A stretch of DNA of 39,134 nucleotides from an uncultured Nanoarchaeota archaeon (lineage in GTDB: Archaea; Nanobdellota; Nanobdellia; Pacearchaeales; GW2011-AR1), in contig CAVZZS010000012.1 of NCBI GenBank assembly GCA_963779925.1, positions 1 to 39,134 on the forward strand, given 5' to 3'. The notes under the pieces are model-generated. The model saw nothing but the letters and a program-made list of their open reading frames with translations. It was not told the DNA's origin and ran no database searches. Positions 16,323 to 25,708 of this stretch are shown in pieces. Made by a program: the position numbers and the translations under genes. Position 1 is the stretch's first letter. The number at the start of each line of letters is the position of its first letter.

Positions 16323-16664
16323 ATGGAAGGGATAATTAATTTTAGCGAATGGGAAAAGATTGATTTAAGAGTAGGGCAGATAAAGGCTGTTGAAGATATT
16401 GAAGGTGCCGACAAACTCTACAAATTAACTGTTGATTTAGGAAAGGAAATGGGAAAAAAGACAATCTGCGCGGGAATAAAATCGCATTACAAAAAAGATG
16501 AGTTGAAAGGCAAGAAAATAATTTTATTTGCAAATCTGGCTCCAAGAAAACTCAAAGGGATAGAAAGTCAGGGGATGATTCTGGCAGCAGTAAGCAAAGA
16601 TGAAAAGAAAGTTGTCCTTCTCGCGCCAGAAAAAGATATTGAAGTTGGAAGCAAAATAAGATAA
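16323..16664 (+). CDS. Stand-alone tRNA-binding OB domain (MetRS C-terminal/beta subunit, Trbp111/CsaA-like)
   Basis: IDLRVGQI...ADKLYKLTVDLG...NLAPRKLKGIESQGMILA, directly after metG. Confidence 0.9.
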   Translation: MEGIINFSEWEKIDLRVGQIKAVEDIEGADKLYKLTVDLGKEMGKKTICAGIKSHYKKDELKGKKIILFANLAPRKLKGIESQGMILAAVSKDEKKVVLLAPEKDIEVGSKIR

Positions 16665-17438
16665 TTATCTTCTTCTCAAATTTCTGAAAACTCTGTCCAA
16701 TAAGCTGTTTTTGTCTTTTCTCGAATCATATTCTATGTTCATTATCTTCGCTGCAATCTCCTTGTAAGCTCGTGAAGGTTTGCTTCCGGGATGGGTATTG
16801 ACGACTGCATCTTTTCTGTTAATGGCTTCTTTTACTGCAATATCTTCCGGGATCATTCCAAGGATAGGAACTTCTAGCATTTCTCTGACGGTTTCTGGTT
16901 GCATTTCTATTCTGTCCCGCCTTACTCTTGTGACAATTGTCCCCATAATAGGGATTCTCATCTGTTCAGCAACTTTTACGGTCTTAAGTGCATCAGTTAT
17001 AGCGGCAATTTCAGGGTTCGTAACAATAATAAGCTCATCCGCCATTGCCATAACAGCAGTTGCTTCAATTCCGAGTCCGGCAGAGCTGTCAACAATGACG
17101 TAATCTGCAATTCTTTTGAAATCTTCTTTGAAGTCTCTTATTCTATCCGGTTTTATTTTTCTCAATTCCTTGATTGATAAGGAAGAGGGCATAATTTTCA
17201 TCCCTGATTCATGTTCATAGACCGCTTCATAAGGTTCTGCTTTCTTTAACAAGACATGATTTAGGTTTATAGGAACATCAGGAGAATTGAGATGTATGCC
17301 GACATTGGGGGTCGACAAGTTTCCGTCAATAACAAGAACATTGCCGCCAAAATGGTTGATTGCGGCGCCGAGATTTATTGCAGTGGTCGTTTTTCCAACG
17401 CCCCCCTTACCCGAGGTTATAACAATAAGTTTCTTCAT
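16665..17438 (-). CDS. minD: Archaeal MinD family ATPase
   Basis: Deviant Walker A SGKGGVGKTT, VIDGNL, IVDSSAGLG, VTNPE. Confidence 0.88.
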   Translation of the reverse strand: MKKLIVITSGKGGVGKTTTAINLGAAINHFGGNVLVIDGNLSTPNVGIHLNSPDVPINLNHVLLKKAEPYEAVYEHESGMKIMPSSLSIKELRKIKPDRIRDFKEDFKRIADYVIVDSSAGLGIEATAVMAMADELIIVTNPEIAAITDALKTVKVAEQMRIPIMGTIVTRVRRDRIEMQPETVREMLEVPILGMIPEDIAVKEAINRKDAVVNTHPGSKPSRAYKEIAAKIMNIEYDSRKDKNSLLDRVFRNLRRR

Positions 17439-17468
17439 TTTACGTGGAATCCGAGGTAGAATTATTAT

Positions 17469-17909
17469 CTACTTAGAAAGAAATTGCTTAGTTGTACTTA
17501 TAAATCTTTCCAGCATACTCGCATAAATCTTTAATTTGTCGAGGTTAATATCAACTTCTTCACCCCTGTAAATTACCCTAAGAGTAACATTTTTTCTGAA
17601 TTCGCCGATTCTCTCTTTCCTCAGATCTTCGAGCTTTCTCAGCATTTCATAAACATCAATAACTTCAAGAAATTCGTTGTCTTTTTTGAAAAGTTTTTTT
17701 ACTTCTTCCATCTTTCCAAGAGGGCTGGACGGAATAGAAGAAATCTTTTTCTTCGCTTTGGCATGATCGAGAATTTCATCAATGCTTGTTTCAATCATTC
17801 TTCGCCATCGGAGAAGCAGATTCACAATCACATCGCAAGTTTTTGTATACTTGAGACTAACATAAAGTAGATGGTCTGCCCTAATCTTTTCTTGTATTAT
17901 ATCTTCCAT
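17469..17909 (-). CDS. Conserved-looking hypothetical protein
   Basis: RADHLLYVSLKYTKTCDV motif; probable start at ATG 17909 (MEDIIQE). Confidence 0.7.
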   Translation of the reverse strand: MEDIIQEKIRADHLLYVSLKYTKTCDVIVNLLLRWRRMIETSIDEILDHAKAKKKISSIPSSPLGKMEEVKKLFKKDNEFLEVIDVYEMLRKLEDLRKERIGEFRKNVTLRVIYRGEEVDINLDKLKIYASMLERFISTTKQFLSK

Positions 17910-17989
17910 TCCTAAAAAAGAACTATAACATATCAATAAAAAGGTATTTTTATATTTTTCCTATTTATACTATCAGGCAATGGTAAAAG

Positions 17990-18319
17990 TTAATCGGATA
18001 ATTTGAAGATTGCCTCGGCTAAATCGCCTGTTTCAGATAAAGTTTCTTCTGCTTCTTCCCTGCTGCATCCTGTTTTTTCCATTACCGTTCTGATATCCTC
18101 TTCAGAGAATTTGTCTCCGGTCAATTCTTCAATGTCGCCTGTTATCTGAAGGCTTTCCTGCCCCTGCATTTTCATTTTCACAATGGAAGGATTTTCTATT
18201 ACAAGTTTGTTTCCATCCCTTTTTTCGATTATAACTCTTGAAGCATCGATGTCCTCCTGAGAAAGACCCATCTGCTTCATCAAAGCTTGCATTTTCTTGG
18301 GATCGATATTTGGGAACAT
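17990..18319 (-). CDS. nac: Nascent polypeptide-associated complex protein
   Basis: DPKKMQALMKQMG N-terminus, NAC beta domain, C-terminal UBA (EEDIRTVMEKTG..GDLAEAI). Confidence 0.92.
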   Translation of the reverse strand: MFPNIDPKKMQALMKQMGLSQEDIDASRVIIEKRDGNKLVIENPSIVKMKMQGQESLQITGDIEELTGDKFSEEDIRTVMEKTGCSREEAEETLSETGDLAEAIFKLSD

Positions 18320-18368
18320 AGTAATTGATGATAAAAATAGTTAAAAAAGCTTTTTGTTGCCAATAGGC

Positions 18369-18530
18369 CTAAACTTTTATAGCTAATCCTAATACGACTC
18401 TAAAAACAACTAAAAGTATCAAAAAGAAAATTACGTGCATGGGCTTAATGTTGAATAAGCTGGAATATTCTTCCTTGAATCTGACCAGCCCGCCATAACC
18501 GGAGGGTAAGTTTATGCTTTCGTCTGCCAT
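18369..18530 (-). CDS. secG: Preprotein translocase subunit Sec61beta
   Basis: Hand-translated 53 aa: MADESINLPSGYGGLVRFKEEYSSLFNIKPMHVIFFLILLVVFRVVLGLAIKV. GLVRF..P-TM signature; TTTTTATA 29 nt upstream. Below the ORF-track size cutoff. Confidence 0.88.
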   Translation of the reverse strand: MADESINLPSGYGGLVRFKEEYSSLFNIKPMHVIFFLILLVVFRVVLGLAIKV

Positions 18531-18607
18531 GATTTTTCAATCAAACAGGAGTATAAAAATTTTTGTATAACTATAAATTTTAAAAGATTAAAAGAGTAAG
18601 CTAGCAT

Positions 18608-20965
18608 ATGTTTGAATTCAAAAAATCTGAAGAAAAATGGAAGAAATTCTGGGAAGATGAAAAGATTTACAGATTTAATCCTGAAAGCAAAAAGGAGATT
18701 TATTCAATAGATACCCCTCCCCCAACAGTTTCTGGAAGAATGCATATGGGACATGCTTTCTCTTACTCGCAATTGGATTTTGCTGCAAGATACAAAAGAA
18801 TGAAAGGGTATGAAGTTTTCCTGCCTTTTGGGACAGATGACAATGGACTGCCTACAGAGAGGCTTGTCGAAAAAGAAAAGAAAGTAAAATCCAAAGATAT
18901 GCCCCGATCAGAATTCATAAATCTCTGCATGGAATTCCTGAAGCATGAACGCCCTAAATTTATACAGGATTGGAAAAATATCGGAATAAGCTGCGATTGG
19001 AACATTCTTTATTCAACAATTGACAAAAATTCGAGAAAAATATCCCAATGGTCTTTTTTAGATTTGTACAAAAAAAATCGCGTTTATAGAAAAGATGCGC
19101 CTGCTATGTGGTGTCCCGAATGCCAGACAGGGGTTGCGCAGGTAGAAGTCAAAGACAAAGAGATGGATTCTAATTTCGATGATATTCTTTTCAAAGTTGA
19201 AGGAAGAGATTTAATCGTTTCAACTACCCGCCCCGAATTATTGCCTGCTTGCGTATCTATCTTTTACAATCCTGAAGACAACAGATTCAAAAAATACAAA
19301 GGAAAAAATGCAAGGGTTCCCCTTTTCGATTTTGAGGTTCCGATTATGGAAGATAGAAGGGCCGATCCGAATAAGGGAACAGGGCTTGTTATGTGCTGCA
19401 CCTTTGGAGACCAGACAGACATGGAATGGCAGAAAGCGTATAATTTGCCGATAAAAATCGCGATAGACCGAAATGGCAGGATGAGCGAGATTGCAGGGGA
19501 ATACAAGAATCTGCCAATAAAAGAAGCGAGAAAAAAGATTATTGAAGATCTGAAAAAATCAGAATTATTAATTGCGCAAAAATCAATCAAGCACGTAGTA
19601 AATGTTCATGAAAGATGCGGAACAGAGATTGAAATCATAAAAAGCAAGCAATGGTTTGTCAAATATCTTGATTTGAGAAGTGAAATGCTGAAATGGGGAA
19701 AAGAGCTGAAATGGCATCCAGATTTTATGAAGCATAGATATGACAATTGGGTTAAAGGGCTTCAATGGGACTGGCTTATTTCCAATCAGAGATATTTCGG
19801 TGTGCCTTTTCCAGTATGGTACTGCAGCAAATGCGGAGAAGTCATAGTAGCAAAAGAAGATCAGCTCCCAGTTGATCCATTGGCGGATTCCCCAAAATCC
19901 TGTCCAAAATGTAAGTCCCATGAAATTGTGCCGGAAAAAGATATTCTGAATACGTGGTTCACGTCTTCAATGAGCCCGATATTATCGACAAGCCTTGTTA
20001 ATAATGAAAAAATGAAAAAGAAATTATTCCCCATGAGCCTTCGTCCGCAAGCCCATGATATTATAACTTTCTGGCTCTTTAATACAATGGTAAAATCCCA
20101 TCTGCATTTCAATAAAAATCCCTGGAAAGATGTTGCAATTTCCGGTTTTGTAACCCTTGGCGGGGAAAAGATGTCTAAATCAAAAGGGAATACTATTCAA
20201 CCCCAGGAAGTAGTGGAAAAATACGGGGCAGATGCAATAAGATATTGGGCAGCTTCTTCAAAATTAGGGGAGGATTTCGATTACAATGAAAAAGACGTTG
20301 TTACAGGAAAGAAATTTGTTACAAAAATATTGAATGCCTCAAATTTTGTTTTTATGAATCTGAAAGATTACAAGCCAAAAGCTTCAGAATTGCTTGAAAC
20401 AGACAGGATATTTTTGAATAGATTAAATGAGCTGATTGAGAATTCTACAAAAAATTTCGATAATTATGAATATCAAAGAGTAAAGTCGGATTTGGATAAT
20501 TTCTTCTGGAAGATTTTCTGCGATAATTATTTAGAGATTGTCAAGGGCAGGATATACAACGGAAATGAAAAGGAAAAATCATCCGCTTATTTCACATTGT
20601 ATAATACCTTATTGTCCCTTTTGAAAATGTTCTCTCCAATTACTCCCTTTATTGCAGAGGAGATTTATCAGGAACATTTCAAAAAAAATGAGAAAATCAA
20701 AAGCATCCATCTTTCTTCATGGCCGGAAAAAATAGAAATAAAGTCAAAGAAAGATGACGGCATAAAATTGAATCTGATGTTGGAGATTATCTCTCAAATT
20801 AGGCAGGAAAAGACCCGAGCGAATAAGCCAATGAACGCCGGAATAAAACTTAGCCTTGAACCCGAAAGATTGAAGATTATAAGGGAGTTGATGGAAGATT
20901 TGAAAAGTGTTACAAATTCTAGCGATATAAAAGAGGGCGAATTTAAAGTAGAGTTCAATGATTAG
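18608..20965 (+). CDS. valS: Valine-tRNA ligase (archaeal type)
   Basis: DTPPPTVSG, HMGH, GTDDNGLPTE, TTRPEL, RPQAHDII, KMSKS. Confidence 0.96.
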   Translation: MFEFKKSEEKWKKFWEDEKIYRFNPESKKEIYSIDTPPPTVSGRMHMGHAFSYSQLDFAARYKRMKGYEVFLPFGTDDNGLPTERLVEKEKKVKSKDMPRSEFINLCMEFLKHERPKFIQDWKNIGISCDWNILYSTIDKNSRKISQWSFLDLYKKNRVYRKDAPAMWCPECQTGVAQVEVKDKEMDSNFDDILFKVEGRDLIVSTTRPELLPACVSIFYNPEDNRFKKYKGKNARVPLFDFEVPIMEDRRADPNKGTGLVMCCTFGDQTDMEWQKAYNLPIKIAIDRNGRMSEIAGEYKNLPIKEARKKIIEDLKKSELLIAQKSIKHVVNVHERCGTEIEIIKSKQWFVKYLDLRSEMLKWGKELKWHPDFMKHRYDNWVKGLQWDWLISNQRYFGVPFPVWYCSKCGEVIVAKEDQLPVDPLADSPKSCPKCKSHEIVPEKDILNTWFTSSMSPILSTSLVNNEKMKKKLFPMSLRPQAHDIITFWLFNTMVKSHLHFNKNPWKDVAISGFVTLGGEKMSKSKGNTIQPQEVVEKYGADAIRYWAASSKLGEDFDYNEKDVVTGKKFVTKILNASNFVFMNLKDYKPKASELLETDRIFLNRLNELIENSTKNFDNYEYQRVKSDLDNFFWKIFCDNYLEIVKGRIYNGNEKEKSSAYFTLYNTLLSLLKMFSPITPFIAEEIYQEHFKKNEKIKSIHLSSWPEKIEIKSKKDDGIKLNLMLEIISQIRQEKTRANKPMNAGIKLSLEPERLKIIRELMEDLKSVTNSSDIKEGEFKVEFND

Positions 20966-20973
20966 TTTATAAA
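20966..20973 (+). promoter_or_regulatory. Archaeal TATA box of prf1 (representative of many in the window)
   Basis: TTTATAAA starting 29 nt before ATG 20995. Confidence 0.75.
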
Positions 20974-20994
20974 TATTCCAAGCATTTTTTTATA

Positions 20995-22080
20995 ATGTTA
21001 GCAACAAAAGCACAGGTCGGAGAATTGATAGAAGAGCTGGAAAAATATAAAGGAAAGCATACTGAATTGATTACCGTTTATATCTCCGCAGGCTATGATG
21101 TAGTTTCTGTCCAGAAACAGCTTGAAGGCGAAAAGGCTACTGCAAAAAATATAAAATCCGCCACAACAAGAAAGAATGTTATTGATGCCTTGGAAAAAAT
21201 AATCAGGGAACTTAAAAATTATAGAGGAGCGCCAGAAAACGGCCTGGCCTTATTCTGCGGCAATATCTCTCCGGTTGAAGGAGTTCCCGATTTGCAATTC
21301 TGGATACTTGAACCTCCGCACCCGCTTAATACAAGACTGTATAGATGCGATAAGGAATTTGTTCTTGATCCCTTAAAGCAGATGATTGAAGTGGAAGAGG
21401 TCTTTGGATTGCTTGTCATGGACAGGAAAGAGGCAACAATCGGTTTGCTGGAAGGGAAATTAATAGAAGTTCTGCAGAAAATGACTTCAGGTATTCCAAG
21501 CCAGATTCGTGCCGGTGGACAGAGCGCGCAGAGATTTCATAGAATAACGGAGGGCCTGACAAAAGAGTTCTACAAAAGAATTGCTGCTGAAATGCAGAAA
21601 ATATTCTTGACTATGCCGAAATTGAAGGGTATAATTATAGGAGGCCCTGTTCCGACAAAAGATGAATTTGTCAGCGGAGAATATCTGCCAACGCAGCTTG
21701 CAAATAAGGTTATAGGCAGGATTGACCTTGGTGATGCATCTGAATCTGGACTAAATGAGCTGGTTGAAAAATCAGGGGAATTATTGGCACAGCAGGAGAT
21801 TACAAAAGAAAAAGAATTCGTTAAAGAATATTTTGGCGCGTTAAAAGAGTCGCATGGAAAAGCAACAATAGGATTCCCGGATACTAAGAAAGCCCTTGAA
21901 TATGGGGCAGTCCAGAAAGTGTTTATATCTACAAAAATAGACAAAAATATACAGAAAGAGATAATGGAGATGGCCCAAAATTCTGGGGCGGAAACAATTA
22001 TAATCTCGACAGAGACTGTTGAAGGCCAGCAATTTTATAATATCGGCGGAGTTGGCGGAATCCTAAGGTTTAAAATCTAA
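20995..22080 (+). CDS. prf1: Peptide chain release factor aRF1
   Basis: NIKS, YRCDKEF and GGQSAQRF motifs; GGVGGILRF C-terminus. Confidence 0.96.
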   Translation: MLATKAQVGELIEELEKYKGKHTELITVYISAGYDVVSVQKQLEGEKATAKNIKSATTRKNVIDALEKIIRELKNYRGAPENGLALFCGNISPVEGVPDLQFWILEPPHPLNTRLYRCDKEFVLDPLKQMIEVEEVFGLLVMDRKEATIGLLEGKLIEVLQKMTSGIPSQIRAGGQSAQRFHRITEGLTKEFYKRIAAEMQKIFLTMPKLKGIIIGGPVPTKDEFVSGEYLPTQLANKVIGRIDLGDASESGLNELVEKSGELLAQQEITKEKEFVKEYFGALKESHGKATIGFPDTKKALEYGAVQKVFISTKIDKNIQKEIMEMAQNSGAETIIISTETVEGQQFYNIGGVGGILRFKI

Positions 22081-22097
22081 AATATCCCTTTTTATTA

Positions 22098-22628
22098 ATG
22101 AGCATTACAAGTAATACTGCATCAGAAATTGATGAAGCCAAAGAGAAAGAATACTTGAAGAGAATTGAAGCAATATTCTTTATTTCTGGAAGATTTTTAT
22201 CCATGCAGGAGTTAATCTCCCTTTCAGATTTAAACCCGATTATAATAAAAGAATTGATAGATCAACTCAAAGAAAAATACAACAAAGATGATTCCGCAAT
22301 AGAAATCAGTGAAAGGAACGGGTTATGGAAGATGGACATAAGAAAAGAGTTCTCCAATATTGCAAACAGATTGGCTTCAGGAAATTCCGAATTTTCAAAG
22401 GCGGAGCGTGAAACGCTTGCGATCATCGCATACAAACAGCCCATAAAACAATCAGTGATAATAAAAATAAGAGGGAATAAAGCTTATGATCATATAAAGA
22501 GATTTATTGAACTGAATCTGGTGAAAAAGAAGAAAATCGGCCATACAAATGAGCTTTCTTTGTCAGATGAATTTTATGACTACTTCAATGTTCAGGACTC
22601 TAAAGATTTTTTGAGAAAGGAGGACTAA
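22098..22628 (+). CDS. scpB: SMC-Scp complex subunit ScpB
   Basis: IEAIFF, ETLAIIAYKQPI, IRG..AYDHIK, FYDYF. Confidence 0.9.
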   Translation: MSITSNTASEIDEAKEKEYLKRIEAIFFISGRFLSMQELISLSDLNPIIIKELIDQLKEKYNKDDSAIEISERNGLWKMDIRKEFSNIANRLASGNSEFSKAERETLAIIAYKQPIKQSVIIKIRGNKAYDHIKRFIELNLVKKKKIGHTNELSLSDEFYDYFNVQDSKDFLRKED

Positions 22629-23866
22629 TGGTTCAATTTCTGACTGTTGTTTATTTATTCTATATATTTTGTTCTCTTTATCTTTTAGTTCTTTACTTCA
22701 TGATCTATATACAAAATAGAAAAGAATTTTTTATATTTCCTGTTCCGTCAAAGGAATATTCCTTGGATATGATTATCCCTTGTTATAATGCAGAAAAGAC
22801 TATCGAGAATACAATTAATGCCATCTTAAGTTCAGACTACAAAGGATTGAGAAAAATAATTGTCGTAGACGATTGCAGTACCGACCATTCTCATGAAATT
22901 GTAAAAAATCTTGCAAAGAAGAATCATAAAATAATGCTGGTTCAAACTCCGAAAAATACAGGTAAGGCAAGTGGTGCAAAAGATTATGGAGTAAAATTTG
23001 CAAAATCCGAATTCATCGGATTCACAGATGCAGATTCATTTCCAGAGCCTGCATCGATATCAAAAATGATTGGATTTTTCAATGAAGAGAAAGTCGGCGC
23101 AGTTACTTCTTCTGTTTTGGTTTTAAATGATAATAAGCTATTAGGAAAATTGCAGGCGATAGAATATAGAATAATCGTCTTCACAAGAAAGATTTTAGGT
23201 TTTGTCGATGCTATCTATGTAACTCCCGGACCTCTTGCTATATATAGAAAAAAAATTTTCAGTGAAATAGGCGGCTTTGATGAAAAGAATCTCACAGAAG
23301 ATATAGAAATAACTTGGAATCTTGCATCAAAAGGATACTTAGTAAGAATGAGTCCGTTAGCGCAAGTATATACCGATGCTCCTACAAGCCTTAAATCTTG
23401 GCTCAAACAAAGAATTAGATGGAATGTTGGAGGGCTTCAAACAATAAATAAGTACAAGAAATTTCTTTTCAAAAAAGGCATGCTGGGAAGTTTTATACTT
23501 CCCTTTTTTGTCATCTCCTGGGCAATTGGGCTTTCAGGATTGTTGATTATGTTTTACAGGCTAGTTCAAGCAGTTATAATTCGTTTATTATCAACAAGTT
23601 ATTCCATTCAGGCGCAGACTGCAATATTAAATTTCAATGACCTCAATCTTGTTCCGAATATACTATTCTTCTTTGGGATTATCCTTTTAATTTTTGGTCT
23701 TATATTCACCTTGATTGCTCTTAAAAAGACAAGATATGATAAAAAATTTAAAAAGATAAGTTTGTTAAATTTAATTGAGTATAGTTTCCTTTATGTATTG
23801 ATTTATCCGATAATACTTGTGATTTCAATCTATAGAGTGATATTAAAAAAGGAAAATAAATGGTAA
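22628..23866 (+). CDS. Processive GT2 glycosyltransferase (PgaC/IcaA/synthase-like)
   Basis: IIPCYN, VDDCSTD, GKA, DAD, TED and QRIRW (D,D,D,QxxRW) motifs with TM helices. TAATG overlap with scpB and an AGGAGG SD. Confidence 0.9.
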   Translation: MVQFLTVVYLFYIFCSLYLLVLYFMIYIQNRKEFFIFPVPSKEYSLDMIIPCYNAEKTIENTINAILSSDYKGLRKIIVVDDCSTDHSHEIVKNLAKKNHKIMLVQTPKNTGKASGAKDYGVKFAKSEFIGFTDADSFPEPASISKMIGFFNEEKVGAVTSSVLVLNDNKLLGKLQAIEYRIIVFTRKILGFVDAIYVTPGPLAIYRKKIFSEIGGFDEKNLTEDIEITWNLASKGYLVRMSPLAQVYTDAPTSLKSWLKQRIRWNVGGLQTINKYKKFLFKKGMLGSFILPFFVISWAIGLSGLLIMFYRLVQAVIIRLLSTSYSIQAQTAILNFNDLNLVPNILFFFGIILLIFGLIFTLIALKKTRYDKKFKKISLLNLIEYSFLYVLIYPIILVISIYRVILKKENKW

Positions 23867-24519
23867 TGTTCGGAAATAAAAAAAATGTCTTTTGGGAAGC
23901 GCTTTTGATAGCTACTTTAATTTTTATTCTGGGTTTGTTAATCGGGGTTTTTGTCGAATCTGACAGGCTGCAGCAGATTAATGATTATTATTCGCAGGCG
24001 CAAGTATCCTTGATAGATTCCATGGCTATGAGCAATTCTTTGAGCAATTCTGCTAATTGTCAGAGCATGATAAATTCGAGCATAAGCTTTGCTGATAATA
24101 TTTACAGTCAGGCTTTGCTGCTAGAGAAATATGAAGCTTCAGGGAAGATTAGCAGCAGTATTACAATAGCCCATTCCGAATATGATCTGCTAAGAACAAT
24201 ATTATGGCAGAACTTGATAACAATAAAAGCGGAATGCTCAAATCATTTTAATTTCGTTGTCTATTTATACAAAGATACTTCTACAGATTTAAACCAGAAA
24301 GCAATGCAAGGCGTATGGTCAAATATATTGTCGGATTTAAAGCAGAAAGAAGGCAATAATATGATTCTCGTGCCTATTTCTGTAAGCAGCAATTTATCTT
24401 CCCTCAACTTATTGACTCAAGATTTTAATATTACGAGCTATCCAGCAGTTGTTATAAATGATAAAACCACGATTTATACATTGCAATCAGTCAACGATAT
24501 TGAGAAGTATTTAACTTAG
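23860..24519 (+). CDS. Membrane-anchored protein with C-terminal thioredoxin-like fold
   Basis: TM, helical stalk, VVYLY...FNITSYPAVVIN pattern without CxxC; overlaps the GT2 stop. Confidence 0.6.
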   Translation: MVMFGNKKNVFWEALLIATLIFILGLLIGVFVESDRLQQINDYYSQAQVSLIDSMAMSNSLSNSANCQSMINSSISFADNIYSQALLLEKYEASGKISSSITIAHSEYDLLRTILWQNLITIKAECSNHFNFVVYLYKDTSTDLNQKAMQGVWSNILSDLKQKEGNNMILVPISVSSNLSSLNLLTQDFNITSYPAVVINDKTTIYTLQSVNDIEKYLT

Positions 24520-24585
24520 ATAAGCCAAATTACGATTATTTTTCAGCACAAGAATCTTTAAAAAATAGTTATTAGGTAGATATGT

Positions 24586-25266
24586 ATGGAAATATGCTTT
24601 AAGTGCGGAGCTTCTTCAGAAAATACAATAATTTATGATGCACTTTCAAATGAGGGATTAGTCCGAATTTGTGCTAATTGCAACATTAAAGAAAATCTTC
24701 CTATTCTAAAAAAAGCGGGTTCTTCACCTGTTGAAAAAAGACAGACGGTTTATGAAAGAGTTTCACATATGTCTGGATTTAATCCAAAAGAAAGAGAGCT
24801 AAGAAAGCAAGAAGAAGAACGAAAGAAACAGAATGAAGAAATGAAACAGGTTCTGGAAAGGGACTTCAGAGAAGAAATAATGACTTCCAATCTTAAGAAA
24901 GAAACTTCTGGTGAATCTAATCTTGTCAGAAATTTCCATTGGGAAATGATGAAAGCAAGAAGAGCTAAGCATATGACTCAAAGGCAATTGGCAGAAGCTC
25001 TTGGCGAGTCAGAATTGGCGATACGAATGGCTGAAAGAGGAATGCTCCCTAGGGAAAGAGAGAGACTTGTAAGGAAGATAGAAAACTATTTACATATAAA
25101 GATTTCAAGTGTGCCTTCTTCTGAAGTCAGCATGAATTCTATGGTAACAGAAAATGTGCCTGATGAAGTTCCTATAGAAGAAATAAAGAAAAAATTCTCT
25201 ATAAGGGAATTGCTTGGATTAAAGAAAAAGATACAGAACAAAGAAGAGAAAGAAGACTCGGAATAA
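24586..25266 (+). CDS. aMBF1-like zinc-ribbon/HTH protein
   Basis: CFKCG...CANC zinc ribbon. LVRNFHWEMMKARRAKHMTQRQLAEALGE is a Cro-type HTH. Confidence 0.75.
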   Translation: MEICFKCGASSENTIIYDALSNEGLVRICANCNIKENLPILKKAGSSPVEKRQTVYERVSHMSGFNPKERELRKQEEERKKQNEEMKQVLERDFREEIMTSNLKKETSGESNLVRNFHWEMMKARRAKHMTQRQLAEALGESELAIRMAERGMLPRERERLVRKIENYLHIKISSVPSSEVSMNSMVTENVPDEVPIEEIKKKFSIRELLGLKKKIQNKEEKEDSE

Positions 25267-25269
25267 TCC

Positions 25270-25357
25270 GGCTTTGCACAAAATAACTATTAGTAGTAAT
25301 TCTGCACAATATTCGAGTTAAGTTGCACAAGATAAAATATGAATTATGTGCAAACCC
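25270..25357. mobile_element. 88-bp MITE-like element with 15-bp terminal inverted repeats and 9-bp target-site duplication
   Basis: Ends GGCTTTGCACAAAAT and (reverse complement) GGGTTTGCACATAAT match 13/15. Exact GAATAATCC flanks at 25261-25269 and 25358-25366. Confidence 0.72.
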
Positions 25358-25372
25358 GAATAATCCATTAAA

Positions 25373-25380
25373 TTTATAAA
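25373..25380 (+). promoter_or_regulatory. TATA box of rpoL
   Basis: TTTATAAA starting 29 nt before ATG 25402. Confidence 0.75.
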
Positions 25381-25401
25381 TCAATTTTCTAATTCTTTAG
25401 T

Positions 25402-25665
25402 ATGGAAATTAATGTTCTAAAAAGTTCTAAGGATGAAATAGAAGTAGAGCTGGATAGCTTGACTATTTCAGAAATATTAAGGGTATATCTAAATAAGGAT
25501 TCTTCTGTAACATTTGCAGCCTGGAAAAGAGACCACCCTACAAAAAAACCTTCTTTGATAATAAAAACGAAGGGCAAAACTGCCAAAAAAGCAGTTGAAG
25601 ATGCTGTTTCTGAAATTGAAAAAGATTTGGAAAAAGTGGAAGCAGATTTCAAGAAGATGAAGTGA
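25402..25665 (+). CDS. rpoL: RNA polymerase subunit Rpo11 (L)
   Basis: TISEILRVYL..DSSVTFAAWKRDHP...LIIKTKG..AKKAV, divergent Rpo11 pattern. Confidence 0.85.
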   Translation: MEINVLKSSKDEIEVELDSLTISEILRVYLNKDSSVTFAAWKRDHPTKKPSLIIKTKGKTAKKAVEDAVSEIEKDLEKVEADFKKMK

Positions 25666-25708
25666 TTTGAACAATAATCCTTATTAATTCTTTAAGCCAT
25701 TTTTTAAG

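Noticed and set aside
16300-16330. Programmed frameshift fusing metG to its OB domain
   Set aside because: The downstream frame has a TAG at 16314-16316, there is no proper slippery heptamer, and the second gene has its own ATG.
25272-25355. TGCACA repeats as DnaA boxes or a replication origin
   Set aside because: Each has 1-2 mismatches to TTWTNCACA, the host is archaeal, no initiator gene is nearby, and the TIR plus 9-bp duplication explains them better.
25261-25366. Mini CRISPR array
   Set aside because: The repeats are only about 7 nt, irregularly spaced and partly inverted; no cas genes are present.
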